Source: Heteronotia binoei (Eukaryota). Taken from it: a DNA stretch of 64,000 nt. Below, in pieces: positions 1 to 11,700 of the stretch. Location of the stretch: positions 49,104,001-49,168,000 of the forward strand of contig NC_083233.1 of assembly GCF_032191835.1 (NCBI RefSeq). The letters run 5' to 3'. Made by a program: the position numbers and the translations under genes. Position 1 is the stretch's first letter. The number at the start of each line of letters is the position of its first letter. The notes beneath the pieces were generated by a model. It ran no database searches. It was not told the origin of the DNA and saw only the letters and a list, made by a program, of their open reading frames with translations.

Positions 1-2
1 TT

Positions 3-131
3 TTGACCTGTACTATTATCCTTGAAGGGTCAGGAATGTTCTTCTACCTGTCCCTTCTAAAGACAAAAGGGAAATCAGTTGTGGAAATCACAGAAGAATT
101 TGAAGTATGGATTGTTTTATGCCAGGTCTAA
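3..131 (+). pseudogene. Degenerate terminal exon of an upstream SLC2A11-like (GLUT11-like) paralog; the rest lies outside the window
   Basis: Frame from position 3 reads LTCTIILEGSGMFFYLSLLKTKGKSVVEITEEFEVWIVLCQV*. It aligns by eye to the last exon of the intact paralog at 17362-17568 (GILGVSGVFIYLYLPETKGKSILEITLAFDK). PETKG is changed to LKTKG and the stop comes early (TAA 129-131). Confidence 0.7.
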
Positions 132-1398
132 CATCCATTTTGATGCATTCAGAGCTAGGACTGCTTATGATGGGGATTAGCAAAGTTAACCACACAAACA
201 GCATATTTGTGTGTCCTCAGCACATAAAAACTTGTTCCCAGCAGCAAAGTTGTCCAGTTCAATATGAATTAAGGATCCAGTGCTTTGTGCAAAAGGGGAA
301 TTTTTGTGCAAAAAACTACCCATCACAGTCCAGCAATTATGAGAGAAGCTGACCCTACTTTTTAGGCTGGTCATCATGTTATATAAGACTTCTTGGATGA
401 GGCAATGCCACAAAGGAAACAATATTGCTTTGTTTGAAATACCAGAACCCCAGGGTCATGCAATAGAAATGACAGCAGAGTTAAGACTGGAGATTAGTCA
501 CTACTTAGACATGCCTAAAGTCCATTCCTACACAATTCAATGATCACTTACATATTAATAAACATTTCCATGCCAGAAACCTCACCTACCTATTGGATTG
601 GACTAGATGCAACTAGCTGATGTACAATTAATCCAATGTCCTTCCAACTGCTGAATGTACTGATAAAAAATTAACTTTGGCCAGTTCGGTGCCAGGTCAT
701 GTTTGTCACACCAAAGAAAGAGGAGAACGAAATGGCAAATTGTGGGGGGGGGGTCACCCGCCCAAAGGGCAGCACTAGATATCTATGAGGAATGAAGAAG
801 TTCTCGTGCTCTCTGGGCTCAGGAAAAATCAGCCTCTTATTTTTCACCCATTAATTTCTATGCCATCTTTCAGGTCATAACCACCAGCTCATTATAAGTT
901 TATGAGACCTTTGACTTGGGTCAAGGCCTTTTTACGTGAGAGAGTGCCTTCCTTAAAGGTTGGAGTTCAGTCAGATTTGTCCTGAGTTTTCTGCAAACAA
1001 CACTCTACCCATCTCCCTCCATTTTCCATTTCACCGAGCTCCATGATCCCACCAGGGATCAAGATGCTTTATTCTAGAAGGAAGAGGCCACTGTGGAACA
1101 ACCTTGTCTATCACCTTTGCTACTTTTGATGTTACAACTTTAATTCTCAGAAGCTCACTGAAATGTCAGTCTTATCCATCATAAAATGCTTACTGTCGCC
1201 GTAATGCTTACTGGCAATTTGGAGGTGAATCTGCTAATCTACTTCCTTGATATATTCTGGTAACAACACAGGATTGCGCCTTCCTACTATTTCCATCACA
1301 GTAATAACCTGAAGATGCACAGAACAGTTACAGTAGATGTGTCTAAAACGCTGTTCACACCCACCTGTTAGATCCACTCACTTTCTGACAGATCACTA

Positions 1399-1695
1399 CC
1401 CTGTTTCCCTGAAAATAAGACCTACCCAAAAAATAAGGCCCAGCAGGATTTCTATGCATAAGCCCTACCCCGATAATAAGACCTAGTGATGGGCGTCGCA
1501 AAAAATTCAGGATAGGATTCCGGGTCTGGAGAGTTATGACAATGTTCCAGAAGATGACTTAACTGTATTTGAATAAATGTAGATTGTTGTATCATACTTA
1601 ATAAAAAATAAAACATCCCCTGAAAATAAGCCCTAGTGTGTCTTCTTGAGAAAAAAACAAATATAAGACAGTGTCTTATTTTCGGGGAAACACGG
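1399..1695. mobile_element. Tc1/mariner (Tigger/pogo-like) MITE
   Basis: TIRs CCCTGTTTCCCTGAAAATAAGAC / GTCTTATTTTCGGGGAAACACGG, flanked by TA at 1397-98 and 1696-97; no ORF. Confidence 0.8.
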
Positions 1696-2199
1696 TACAT
1701 GTGATGGCTTCCTCAGAGTGTATTTCAAATCACATTATTTTAGATATGAAGTCTTGAGGGTTACTTTACAAGGAAACTGGCATGGGAGGGTGGGAAAGAG
1801 GGAAGTTTATTTTACCTCCTTGGAAATAAAAGAAGGTTAAATTTCTCTTCTTTCCTCACTCTGGTTTTTTTCTTGATAAAACAGGGGCTGGGCTGCATTT
1901 CCAAAAGAACCAGAGCTTTTTTTTCTGCCAGAGCCCACAGGAGCGGAGCTCCGCCTGGGCTGGCCAGGGCTCTGGCTGGCCTGACTTGCCATGCAGCAGC
2001 AACGTGCTCCCAGGCCAGGTGGTGTGGCCTAATAGGCAAATGAGCTCCTGCTGGGCTTTTTCTACAAAAAAAGTACTGAAAAGAGCCAAGAACATTATTT
2101 AAATTTTCCTTGGAAGAAGCAATTGTCATGTGTAATTGAGACCTTAGTGGCAGAAGTATCCCTAATTTATTGCATGATGTAGGCTTCCCAACCCTCCCG

Positions 2200-2830
2200 C
2201 CCTGGCGGGGGGCCCCAGGATTTCCAGCCTCTTCCCCCTCTTCCCAAAAAACGGAAGCGGGGGGAGGGGGGGAAACGGCGCCAAGGAGCGTTTCCAAAGA
2301 TGCCGCCTCTTCTCCGTAGCTGCTCCTCTGGCAGGCGATGTTTGAACACAAGCCAGCCGGGCAGACGGTCAGCTGCACCGCGAGGCTCCCGAGCGGAACC
2401 ACACGCAGCTGACTGGGCCTCAGGCCGCTCCCTGCTCTCTGGGGGTGGGGGTCGCCCCTGGAAGGCTCTTTGGAGCAAAGCTGCTCCAGGAACAGGCGGT
2501 CGCTCTCGGCGTTCGACTACCTGGGCTGGGGGTCGTTGGCCGGCTGGGAACGATGCGCTCGGTGCGCTAAGCCTATAGGCATGCGCAGGAGGGCTGTGCG
2601 CGGGGAGGCGGGCGCATGCTCCGTGTGGCGCGTCGCGTCCTGGGACATGTCGGCGGTATCCAAGGTGGTGCTTGGGGTGACGGTGCTGCTGTCGGTCGGT
2701 GCCATGGCCGGCGTTCACATCCAGCAGAGCTGTCTCAGAGAGGCAAGTGGAGGCCCCTGCCCCGTTCGCAGGAAGGCGCCGGCGGAGCCCAAACCGCATC
2801 CCACCCCCCACTCCCGTCACGAGTGCAGGG
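2200..2830. promoter_or_regulatory. CpG island promoter with NRF1-like motifs
   Basis: GC- and CpG-rich; GCATGCGCA at 2579-87 and GCGCATGC at 2612-19 resemble the NRF1 palindrome and lie just upstream of the ATG at 2647. Confidence 0.7.
2647..2742 (+). CDS. PET117: PET117-like exon 1 (cytochrome c oxidase assembly factor N-terminus); exon 2 not found in the window
   Basis: 32 codons, MSAVSKVVLGVTVLLSVGAMAGVHIQQSCLRE, matching my recollection of the vertebrate PET117 N-terminus (MSRSSKVVLGLSVLLTAATVAGVHVKQQ...). Ends in phase 0 at GAG|GCAAGT, a consensus GC-type donor. Confidence 0.7.
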
Positions 2831-3164
2831 TCGCACAGCATTTGACCTTTGGAGTTCAATTATGCTTGTCACAGCCTTCATCTTGGCTCCACCCCTAATG
2901 TCTCCTGGCTCCACCCCCAAAGTCCCCAGATATTTCTTGAATTGGACTTGGCAACCCTAGCATGATGAATTGTTGGAAATTAATTACCCCCTACACCAGA
3001 TAAGTAGCCACATTAATCCATTGAAGTGTGTGTTAAGTGATGTCAAATTGCTTCCCTACCAAAAAAGCCCAGCAGGAACTGACTTGCATATTGGGCCACA
3101 CCCGATTCCAAGTCATTGGAACTGTGTTCCTGTGTGTTCCTGCTCAAAAAAGAGCCCTGCTTCC

Positions 3165-3540
3165 GACTTATAGCAACCTTATGAATTAATGTCCTCCTCT
3201 TGCAAACCAAGGGCTGTGGCTTCCTTGACTGAGTCAATCCATCTCATGTTGAGTCTTCCTCTTTTCCAGCTGCCTTCAACTTTTCCTAACAGTATTGTCT
3301 CTCCCAGGGGCTTCTGGCTTCTCATAATGTGACCAAAGTACGATAGCCTCAGTTTAGTAATTTTAGTTTCAAGGAAGAGCAGGCTTGATTTGATCTAGAA
3401 CCCACTTGTCTTTTTGGCACTCCACAGTATCCCTAAAACTCTCATCCAAGACCACATTTTGAATTAATCAACTTTCATCCTCTTCATTCTCCAGCTTTCA
3501 CATCCATACTTTGTAATGGGAATACTACAATAGTGTGAAT
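3165..3540 (-). mobile_element. RTE/BovB-like LINE fragment
   Basis: Resembles the RT region of RTE/BovB elements on the minus strand (cataatgtgaccaaagtacgatagcctcag...); recognised from memory, degraded. Confidence 0.5.
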
Positions 3541-3550
3541 TATCTTAATT

Positions 3551-4020
3551 AGGGCTTTTTTTTCTGGGGGAACATGGCAGTACGGAGTTCCAGAACCCCT
3601 TCATGGAAACAAAGTTCTCAAAAAATGTTTTAAAGTTCATGAGGGGCTGTTGTGTATTGGTTGTGACTGCTGTTTTGTTATATCTGTTACTTGAAGCATA
3701 CTTCATTGGCCTCCAGGAACCTGATGCCTACATTCCAACTGGCCATTTGGTTAGAACCAGCCAGTCGGGATGAGGCATTTATTTCAGGAAATGCAAATAA
3801 GGATCCTGGAGAGACCAATATGGTGGATTGCCACCCACATAAGGGGGCATGTTTACTCAGCCCAAATGGATATAAGGAGTGGTGTTGCCTGCTTGTGTTC
3901 AGTTCTGCTCTTGATCAATAAACGTTCTTTTTTACCTTAAGCTGGCTGAACTCACTCATTCATTTCTGCTTCGTTTCCCTCTTGAGAGTTCCAGCATCTT
4001 TTTCCAGAAAAAAAGCCCTG
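3551..4020. mobile_element. MITE with AGGGCTTTTTT...AAAAAAGCCCT termini and a ~400-bp internal segment
   Basis: Inverted termini agggcttttttttctgg / ccagaaaaaaagccct; same termini as the palindromic family at 1911, 3060, 8335, 41092, 49215 and 50915. Confidence 0.5.
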
Positions 4021-5129
4021 ATCTTAATCATTCAATTAAAATCAATGTGATAAAATCAGTAATGATATATACAACCACCAACGCAATATGTGAGTCACAG
4101 CTCACTCTGATGCAGATCAGTTTTCACTAATTTCAGTTTTTACTAAGTTCTACTTTTCCATGTGGCCCACGCTCTGGTGTTTCAGCAGGTACCTTAAGCC
4201 ATGCCTATTCCTCCTTCTGGTGTGAAGCCAGAGCCAAAGGATGAAACCAGGACCTAGCCTTGGTGTTGTCTAATAGTGTCACCACGACATGCTTCATTTT
4301 TGGGATTGACTTAGAAGCCTATGGAGCATCAGAGGAGCCAACCAGATAACTTTTTTATTAAACACTATTTTGGCTTTCTGTGCACAGCAGTACCATTTAT
4401 GAAATTTGTAAGCTGAAGTGCTACTTGTAATGTTTTTAGTCACGAGTGCACAGCAGCATTTTTGTAAATTGTAAGCTTCCAGTGTTGTTCTGCTATGAGT
4501 TTCCAGCTTGGAATCATGTATTGTAATATTGTAATATTTTCTTGGGTTGTAACCACCAACTCAATTTTCCTTTAGCTTTATAAACAATCATAAGCAGGGA
4601 TCATTTTGTAGAAAAATAGGTGGTAGAGCTCATCCAGGGATTGTTATGCAGCTACACCTACTATTCAATGGACAAGGTGGGGAGGAGGGGGAACCGTCAA
4701 AAAAGTTCTGGAGCTGTTCTCCTGTGAGCTCCTGCTGAATTCAAGGCATGATCATAAGTATAATTGAAATAGTAAAAAAGAAAGTGTGACATAGTAGATC
4801 CAGATGGGCAGTGTTGGTCTGAAGCAATAGAACAAAGCTGGAGTCTGGTAGCATCTTTAATACCCACAAAGTTTTATTCAGAATGTAAGTTTTGGTGCAA
4901 CAATTGATGGTTTTTCCCTTTGCAGTTTTTACATAGTGTACACTGAGGATCCCTATTATGCTGTAACCGCCAGGAGTGGAGATCTCCTGGGATTATAACA
5001 GAAAGCAGTGGAAGGTGGACTCAATGGTATTACACCCCATTGAGGTTCCTCCCCTCCTCAAACCCCGCCTTCCTCAGCCTCCACCCCACAAATATCCAGG
5101 TATTTCCGACTTTAAAAGAATTCTTACAT

Positions 5130-5720
5130 TAATACAGCGCTCTTCCCCCTGCACACGGGAAAAAAAAATATTAAACTCAACCGGAAGTGGGGATGTGATG
5201 ATGAGCACTCTCCCCTACTCTTCGTTTGGCTTCAGTACATCGCTGCTGGTGTTCCGTCGACGCACTACCTCGGAGCACTTTGGTTCCTGCGAGCATCCCG
5301 TGGGTTTGCTTGTTCAAAGGGCTTGAATGGGCTGATCAGTGTGTCCCATCTCGTGGTGGCAGAAGGCTGTCTTTCTCCACCCTCGGGTCTCTCAGTCTCG
5401 GGGAGGGGGAGGGGGGGAGAGCGGGACGCGGTCGGTCCCGGGCTATGAAGGCTGACAGCTTTACTGGCAGCCTCATTGGCCGTGGGCAATGGGTGGTCAC
5501 TGGCTGACCTGCCTGACCAGCCACTCCGAACTTCGCCCGAAAGTAGTTAATGGTCAACCCATGCAGTAAAATTTAATCGGGGCGCCCTGTGGCGGTTTCC
5601 GAGATGTGGAGGCGAAGCCGGCTGCTCCCAGAGATTTCCCAGTTGCTGCCCAGCCGCCCTCGTTGGAGATGGGGAGCTTTCGCTCCGACCTGGTGAGTCC
5701 CACTGACTTCCTCGTTTCTT
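5130..5720. promoter_or_regulatory. CpG island / promoter of the SLC2A11-like gene
   Basis: CpG-rich; ETS/GABP motif CCGGAAGTG at 5181-89; contains the first coding exon (5669-5692). Confidence 0.7.
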
Positions 5721-8700
5721 GCGGGAGAAAAATAGCCAGAAGCAATGCAATCCTCTGTAGAGATGCTCCAGTCTAAGCCCATTAGAAACAACCTGGAGCA
5801 GCCAACAGAACACAATGTTAGTTCCAGATGTGTGTTAATATGCTGCAGTAAAGTTAAACAGAAGTCCAGTGGTGTGAAGCTCGTTTAGTGGGCCTGTCAC
5901 TCTCTTTCAGCCTACCTACCTTATAGGGTTGTTGTGAAGATAAAAGGGAAAGAGAATGATGTATCCACTTTGAGATCCTTGGAGAAAGGGCAAGATTAGA
6001 AGTCTGCTACATAAATAGATGGCTGACAACATTTATTCTAGCCTAGTGCAAGTGTTTGTAAGTCAGCATTCACTTCATGAAATGCCTTACAGTGTACATC
6101 CATATATGCTTTATGCATGCATTATTAGCCTTTTGTGACATCAGATTTCTATTAGATTCAGTGTAGGATTGTACTATCATTCTGGCTGCCATCCTGGTTT
6201 CAGGTTTTACTGTAACACATGTGTGCATTTTCCTTGTGTGCAATGGCATCCTTATCAATAACTTTGCAGGACTTTTCAGGAAAGGATCCCCTTGTTCTAG
6301 AATACTTTTCTTTATCTGTAAAATGCTGGTGAGTAGTAGCGGGGAAGTAGCTGCAAGTAACTGAACTGATCTCAGGCTGTATGGGAGCTGGTGTAATTTA
6401 TTTTATTTTGCTTATTATCAGTCACTTTTTTCATCAACAAATATTGTACAACTGCTAGCATTTTTGAACTGTGCAAATATTCCTCTGAAACTGAACAGCT
6501 TGTAATTGAAAACAAACCCTGCCTTAGTGAACCTGCCCATGATAGGGTTACTCAGGAGAGCCAGTGTGATGATGAAGTGGTTAGAGTGTCAGACTAGGAT
6601 TTGGGAAAGCCAGGTTTGAATTTCTGCAAGCCTATAGAAGCTTGCGGGGTGTCCTTGAGCCAGTCACTTACCCTCTCAGCCTAACCTACCTAAAACAGAG
6701 GGTAACAGAACAATATAAGCTGCTGTGGATCTCTTTGGGGGAGAAAGATTAAAAGGAAGCAAAGAATTCACCAGTCCAGTAGATATGAAATGAAGCTGGT
6801 TCTTGCCAGTAGATGGCAACAGACACAAACAGTCAGAGAAGCATGTTTTCTCAAGCAATTTTTAAGAAGGTTTTGGGGCCGTCAGTTGTGTAATCAGCAT
6901 TAAAAGCATTTAGACGTAGCCCAGGTGTTTATAATGTTGCTTGGAAAAGTGACAAGGAGACCCAAAGTACTTAGAATGATGATCAACATGACAACACTTT
7001 TCATCTTCACATAATCAATCAAAAGTTTCCCTTGTTATCTATTCTCTTGTCTTAAATCTCTTATTTGCAAATGAATTAGCTGAGCATTTTAAAAGAGAAT
7101 ACGCATTGTAAATCCTAGCATGTTTAATTTCATTGGTGTAAGTTTTACTCATATACTCTTCTGTATCTTCATTTTCCTCTGTGAAGTTAGAAAATATATA
7201 ATTATGATGAGCAGGCATGAGGTGGACTCTCAATATGTTTTTTGTCTTTGTAGATCCAGTACCGAGGCCTATTTCAGATGATTTTAGTGCTAGGAATAGG
7301 TGGAAGCTTCCCTTATGGGTTCCATATTTCAGTAATCAACTACCCCTCCTCGGTAAGCTAATAGCATCTCTATGTCTCTTGGGATTGGATATTCAAGAGC
7401 ACTGAACATCTGTTTGACACTGTGTTTGTGATTCCCTTTTATGCCAATTTCCTGTTGTGAGAGTAGAAAAGAGCAAGAATCTAGTAGCATCTTAAAGACC
7501 CTGTCACAAATTTTGTTAGTCTTTAAGGTGCTACAGGATTCTTGCTCTTTTCTGCTGCTACAGACAGAGACAAACATGATGGTCAACATGACTTTTCATC
7601 TTCACATAATCAATAAAACATCTCTCTTGTTATCCACCCTTGTGGGAGAGAAAATAAGTATCTTGAGTAAAGTCTAAAAAACATTCTGCCAAAAATTTGC
7701 AAGAATTTCTTGTAGGCTTCTGTGAGCAAACTATGGTCCTAATTTCAGGCCACCTTAGTGCCTTTTATCTATTATATTTTCAAAGTATTCATCAAAATGT
7801 TTAGCATAGCATACCTACTGTAATGGTCAGTAGTCCTTGGAGCTTCTGCATAAGAGACTTCCTAAGCTTGCAACACAGGCAGACTGCAAAATCAGAATGC
7901 ATGCATTTATGGGAAATGCAGTGGCTCCCTGTGAGCTTCAAAGCACAGTTCAAGGAGTTGACTTTGAGCATTCTTATTACCCCTAAATTCCAATATCTGT
8001 TAATTTGACCAATTTGGCCCTTCATTGGTTAATAATGTGTGCTTCTGGCTTTTTAAAGAAATGGTTTTCAGGAAATGCTTCAATGGCATATGGATTTTAT
8101 TTATTGATTTGGTAGATTTATATTCCGCCCTTTCCCATGTGGGCTCAGGACAGATTACAGTCACAATAAAACAATTAAAATACAACAATAGCTTAATAAT
8201 ATGCAATTAAAAGAACAAAACACAATAATATATACACAGGCAGGCAGGCACAATTTATAGATTAAGAAGACATAGTATTCGGCCCATTGTGGGGGAGGAC
8301 AATAGATGGTATAAACAGTAAGATCAGAGCCTTCTTTGTAGAAAAAGTCCAGCAGGGCCTCACTTGCATATTAGGTCACACCCCCTGTCACCAAGCCAGC
8401 CGGAACTGTGTTCCTGTGCATTCCTGCTCAAAAAAAAGCCCTGAGTAAGATGGAAGGATGTCCATTTGCCTCAACCAAAAGCCTGGTGGAACAGCTCTGT
8501 CTTACAGGTCCTAATGACAGCTGAGCAAATGCTAGGCTCAGTATTTTTGTTATATGACTCTGAGAGGGTTTTTTGTTGTTATAAATCTGGAAGCTGCCTC
8601 GAGGTTTGTTTGTGCTGGAAGATGCAGGTTATAAATACTTTAAATAAATAGGCTATCTGGCTTTTCTGCATGTCTCTGATTAGAAAAAGCAAACAAAACT

Positions 8701-11700
8701 CATGAGAGGCTGTGACAGCCTGAAGATGTATCTAAACAGACAAAATACTGATTCTCAGAGTGTCCTGATCACTTCACTTGAATGGCAACTAAAAATGGTA
8801 AAATAATATGATATTGTAAAACATGTAATTTTTGTTTACAGTGTATTAAAACGTTTATCAATGAAACCTGGATGGAGCGGCATGGTTCACCCCTCTCTGA
8901 AGAGACTATCTTGTTAATGTGGTCCTTCATCGTGTCCATTTATGGCTTAGGAGGCCTGCTAGGAAGTGTTTCCTGTGGGTACCTTACCACAAGATACAGG
9001 AAGTAAGTATTTCCAATGCCTGGAACATACAAGTCTTCTCAACACTGTTTCAGAAACAGGACTCTTCAGAAATCACCCTCCTGCCTTATTATTTGGGTTG
9101 CATTACTAAAAAGGGACTCTCCATAGCATCTTGGCCTCACAAAAAGGTATCCTTCTATATTCACACTCCTCTACAGTACATTCCTGAGCCTAGCAATAAT
9201 GTCTGGAAGTCTCTACCCCACATGATGTGAGTTACCTGAAGCTGGAGTTGGACCCTGGTTGTGTTGGGATATAAGGAGGAACAGAGAACATTTACCACAG
9301 GAATCAACAACCTTTTGTGATTAACAAGCCAAGCTACAGCAAAATTCAGAATGACATCAACAAAGAGCCAGTATCAGAAAATCCAGTTGCCTAAATGAGA
9401 ACATAAAAATTAACATTGATCATTGACATGCTTGTTAATAATCCATAAAGTTTCTGCAATCCAAACCCTAATTATTGTGAGTATTTTATTAAGCAATGGC
9501 ACACACAAGGCCTTGCAATATGTAATACATGTACACAGGAGCACCCTATGCAGTTTTTTCAGTGTTCTGGCATACAGCTGTACATGATGTGTACTAGGTT
9601 GGATTCCTGGCAACTGTTCACCTGTATCATTTCCCTTTCTGCAAAGCATCTTCCAGAAGCCCTTTATTCCCATAAAAATTTTGCCTGCCATTCCCTTCAC
9701 ATACCAGGTATTATAGCATCACTTATTCTTCTCTAATATGCCCTCACTTACAGATTTCATTTCATTTTTTTTATTGTTGGTTCTATACTGCACCATATTT
9801 GGCTGTAGAACCGTAGGTTGCAGGCCCTAGATTTACCAAATGATAGCTTTGTGCAATATTCATTTGATGTTAGTTGTTTATATTATCCCACCAACTGCAA
9901 GGAAGAATTTTTCTTCACTTTTGTACTTGATCAAAATATGAGGAAGGAAAACCAAGGAGTCCTAAGATTTCCCTCCCTGGAGGATGCAGATGGCTGGCTT
10001 ACCAAGAAGCTCTGGTACATTGTGGTAAACCATCATCTGATTCTACACTTAATCATGCCACAAAGTGAGAAAGCATGCTGTTATAAATTGGAGCAATCAA
10101 GATGGTGCTCAAGAACCCACTGGGAATATCTGATAAGAACATAAGAGAAGCCATGTTGGATCAGGCCAATGGCCCGTCCAGTCCAACACTCTGTGTCACA
10201 CAGTGGCCAAAAAAAAATTATATATATACACACACTGTGGCTAATAGCCACTGATGGACCTCTGCTCCATATTTTTATCCAATCCCCTCTTGAAGCTGGT
10301 TATGCTTGTAGCCGCCACCACCTCCTGTGACAGTGAATTCCACATGTTAATCACCCTTTGGGTGAAGAAGTACTTCCTTTTATCCGTTTTAACCTGACTG
10401 CTCAGCAATTTCATCGAATGCCCACGAGTTCTTGTATTGTGAGAAAGGGAGAAAAGTACTTCTTTCTCTACTTTGTAAACCTCTATCATGTCACCCCGCA
10501 GGCAACGTTTCTCCAAGCTAAAGAGCCCCAAGCATTTCAACCTTTCTTCATAGGGAAAGTGTTCCAACCCTTTAATCATTCTAGTTGCTCTTTTCTGCAC
10601 TTTCTCCTTTTTTTGCCTTTTTAATTGCCTTTTTAATGTTATACTGACTTTGTTGCAGAAAGAAGTGCCAGATGTTCACCAACTTAATCATGCTAGTTGC
10701 TGCACTGTCCATGGCTTTTAGCAAGATGGCCAAATCCTTTGAGATGATCTTCCTTGGGCGCCTCCTTTGTGGAATTGGCATTGGTATGCAGAAAACATCA
10801 TGGCTGCCATAACACTGTGCAGGGCCATTTACAAAAGATTTGTATCCTTGTGGTCAGTCAGATTGACTCCTTAGGGTGTTAGTTTAAGTCCATATACAAC
10901 TCAATTGATGACTTGTAAAATTGTATCTATCTGACTAGCTGACTGAACAGCAGATGAGAGCAGAGAAGCTTTCCTCTGCTGGAGATACAGCTTTCTTCAG
11001 TGAGTTATGCAATGGAAATGTGGAAGAGGGTATTATTATGGGATGGCACCCTTGCTGCCATTTCCAACCTCAAATGTTTGGCTCTGCTTCTCTCCCAAGC
11101 CGTCTGCTGACCACCTACTCCTCTTGCATTCTCTTTCCCAAGGGTTTGTTTTCATGATCAGGAATTCCAGACAGCCAGTATAGTGCAGTGGTTAGAATGT
11201 AAGACTTGGGGGTTGGGGGAGCCTTAATTCAAATATACCTCCAAATCATGAATCTCATGATTCTCTCAGCCTAATCTACCTCATAATGTTGTGAATATAA
11301 AATGGAGGAGGGGAGAACAATGTAAACTACTGAAAGGTCAAAACCATTAAATCAGAAACCATTGTCTAAACAAGCAAGAAATCCTTGTTCTCAAGTAACT
11401 TACTATAAATTTAACTGCAGCCACTCTGTCATAAATGTATTGGATGTCAAAAATTGGATGTCATAAATTCACAAGTATTGGAACCTCAAGACACTTGTGG
11501 GGGGATATTTCAACATAAGTTTAGCTATATATTGAACTATTCACAAGTCACCTTTCAGAGGTGTAAAGCCAATAAAAGGCCAGTTCTGACTGACTGCTAA
11601 GTCAACCAGTACTTATATGCATAATGATATAACAGTTGAACAAAGTTGGAGTCAAGTGTACCTTTAAGACCAACGAAGTTTTATTCAGAACGTAAGCTTT

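Noticed and set aside
1240-1312. Minus-strand exon-like stretch (VITVMEIVGRRNPVLLPEYIKEVD*)
   Set aside because: No known homology and no partner exons; DERL3, the expected neighbour on this side, is not recognisable in the window.
1812-2960. Long overlapping ORFs (230, 196, 142, 114 aa) around the CpG island
   Set aside because: Stop-poor GC-rich sequence; no recognisable domain apart from the 32-codon PET117-like segment.
5265-5271. let-7 seed match CTACCTC
   Set aside because: A single 7-mer in a 5'/promoter region is expected by chance.
5195-5335. Possible C/D-box snoRNA (GTGATGA/ATGATGA ... CTGA)
   Set aside because: Only a 2-3 bp terminal stem, no recognisable guide, and no match to any snoRNA I remember; it lies in a promoter CpG island. 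An Rfam search would settle it.
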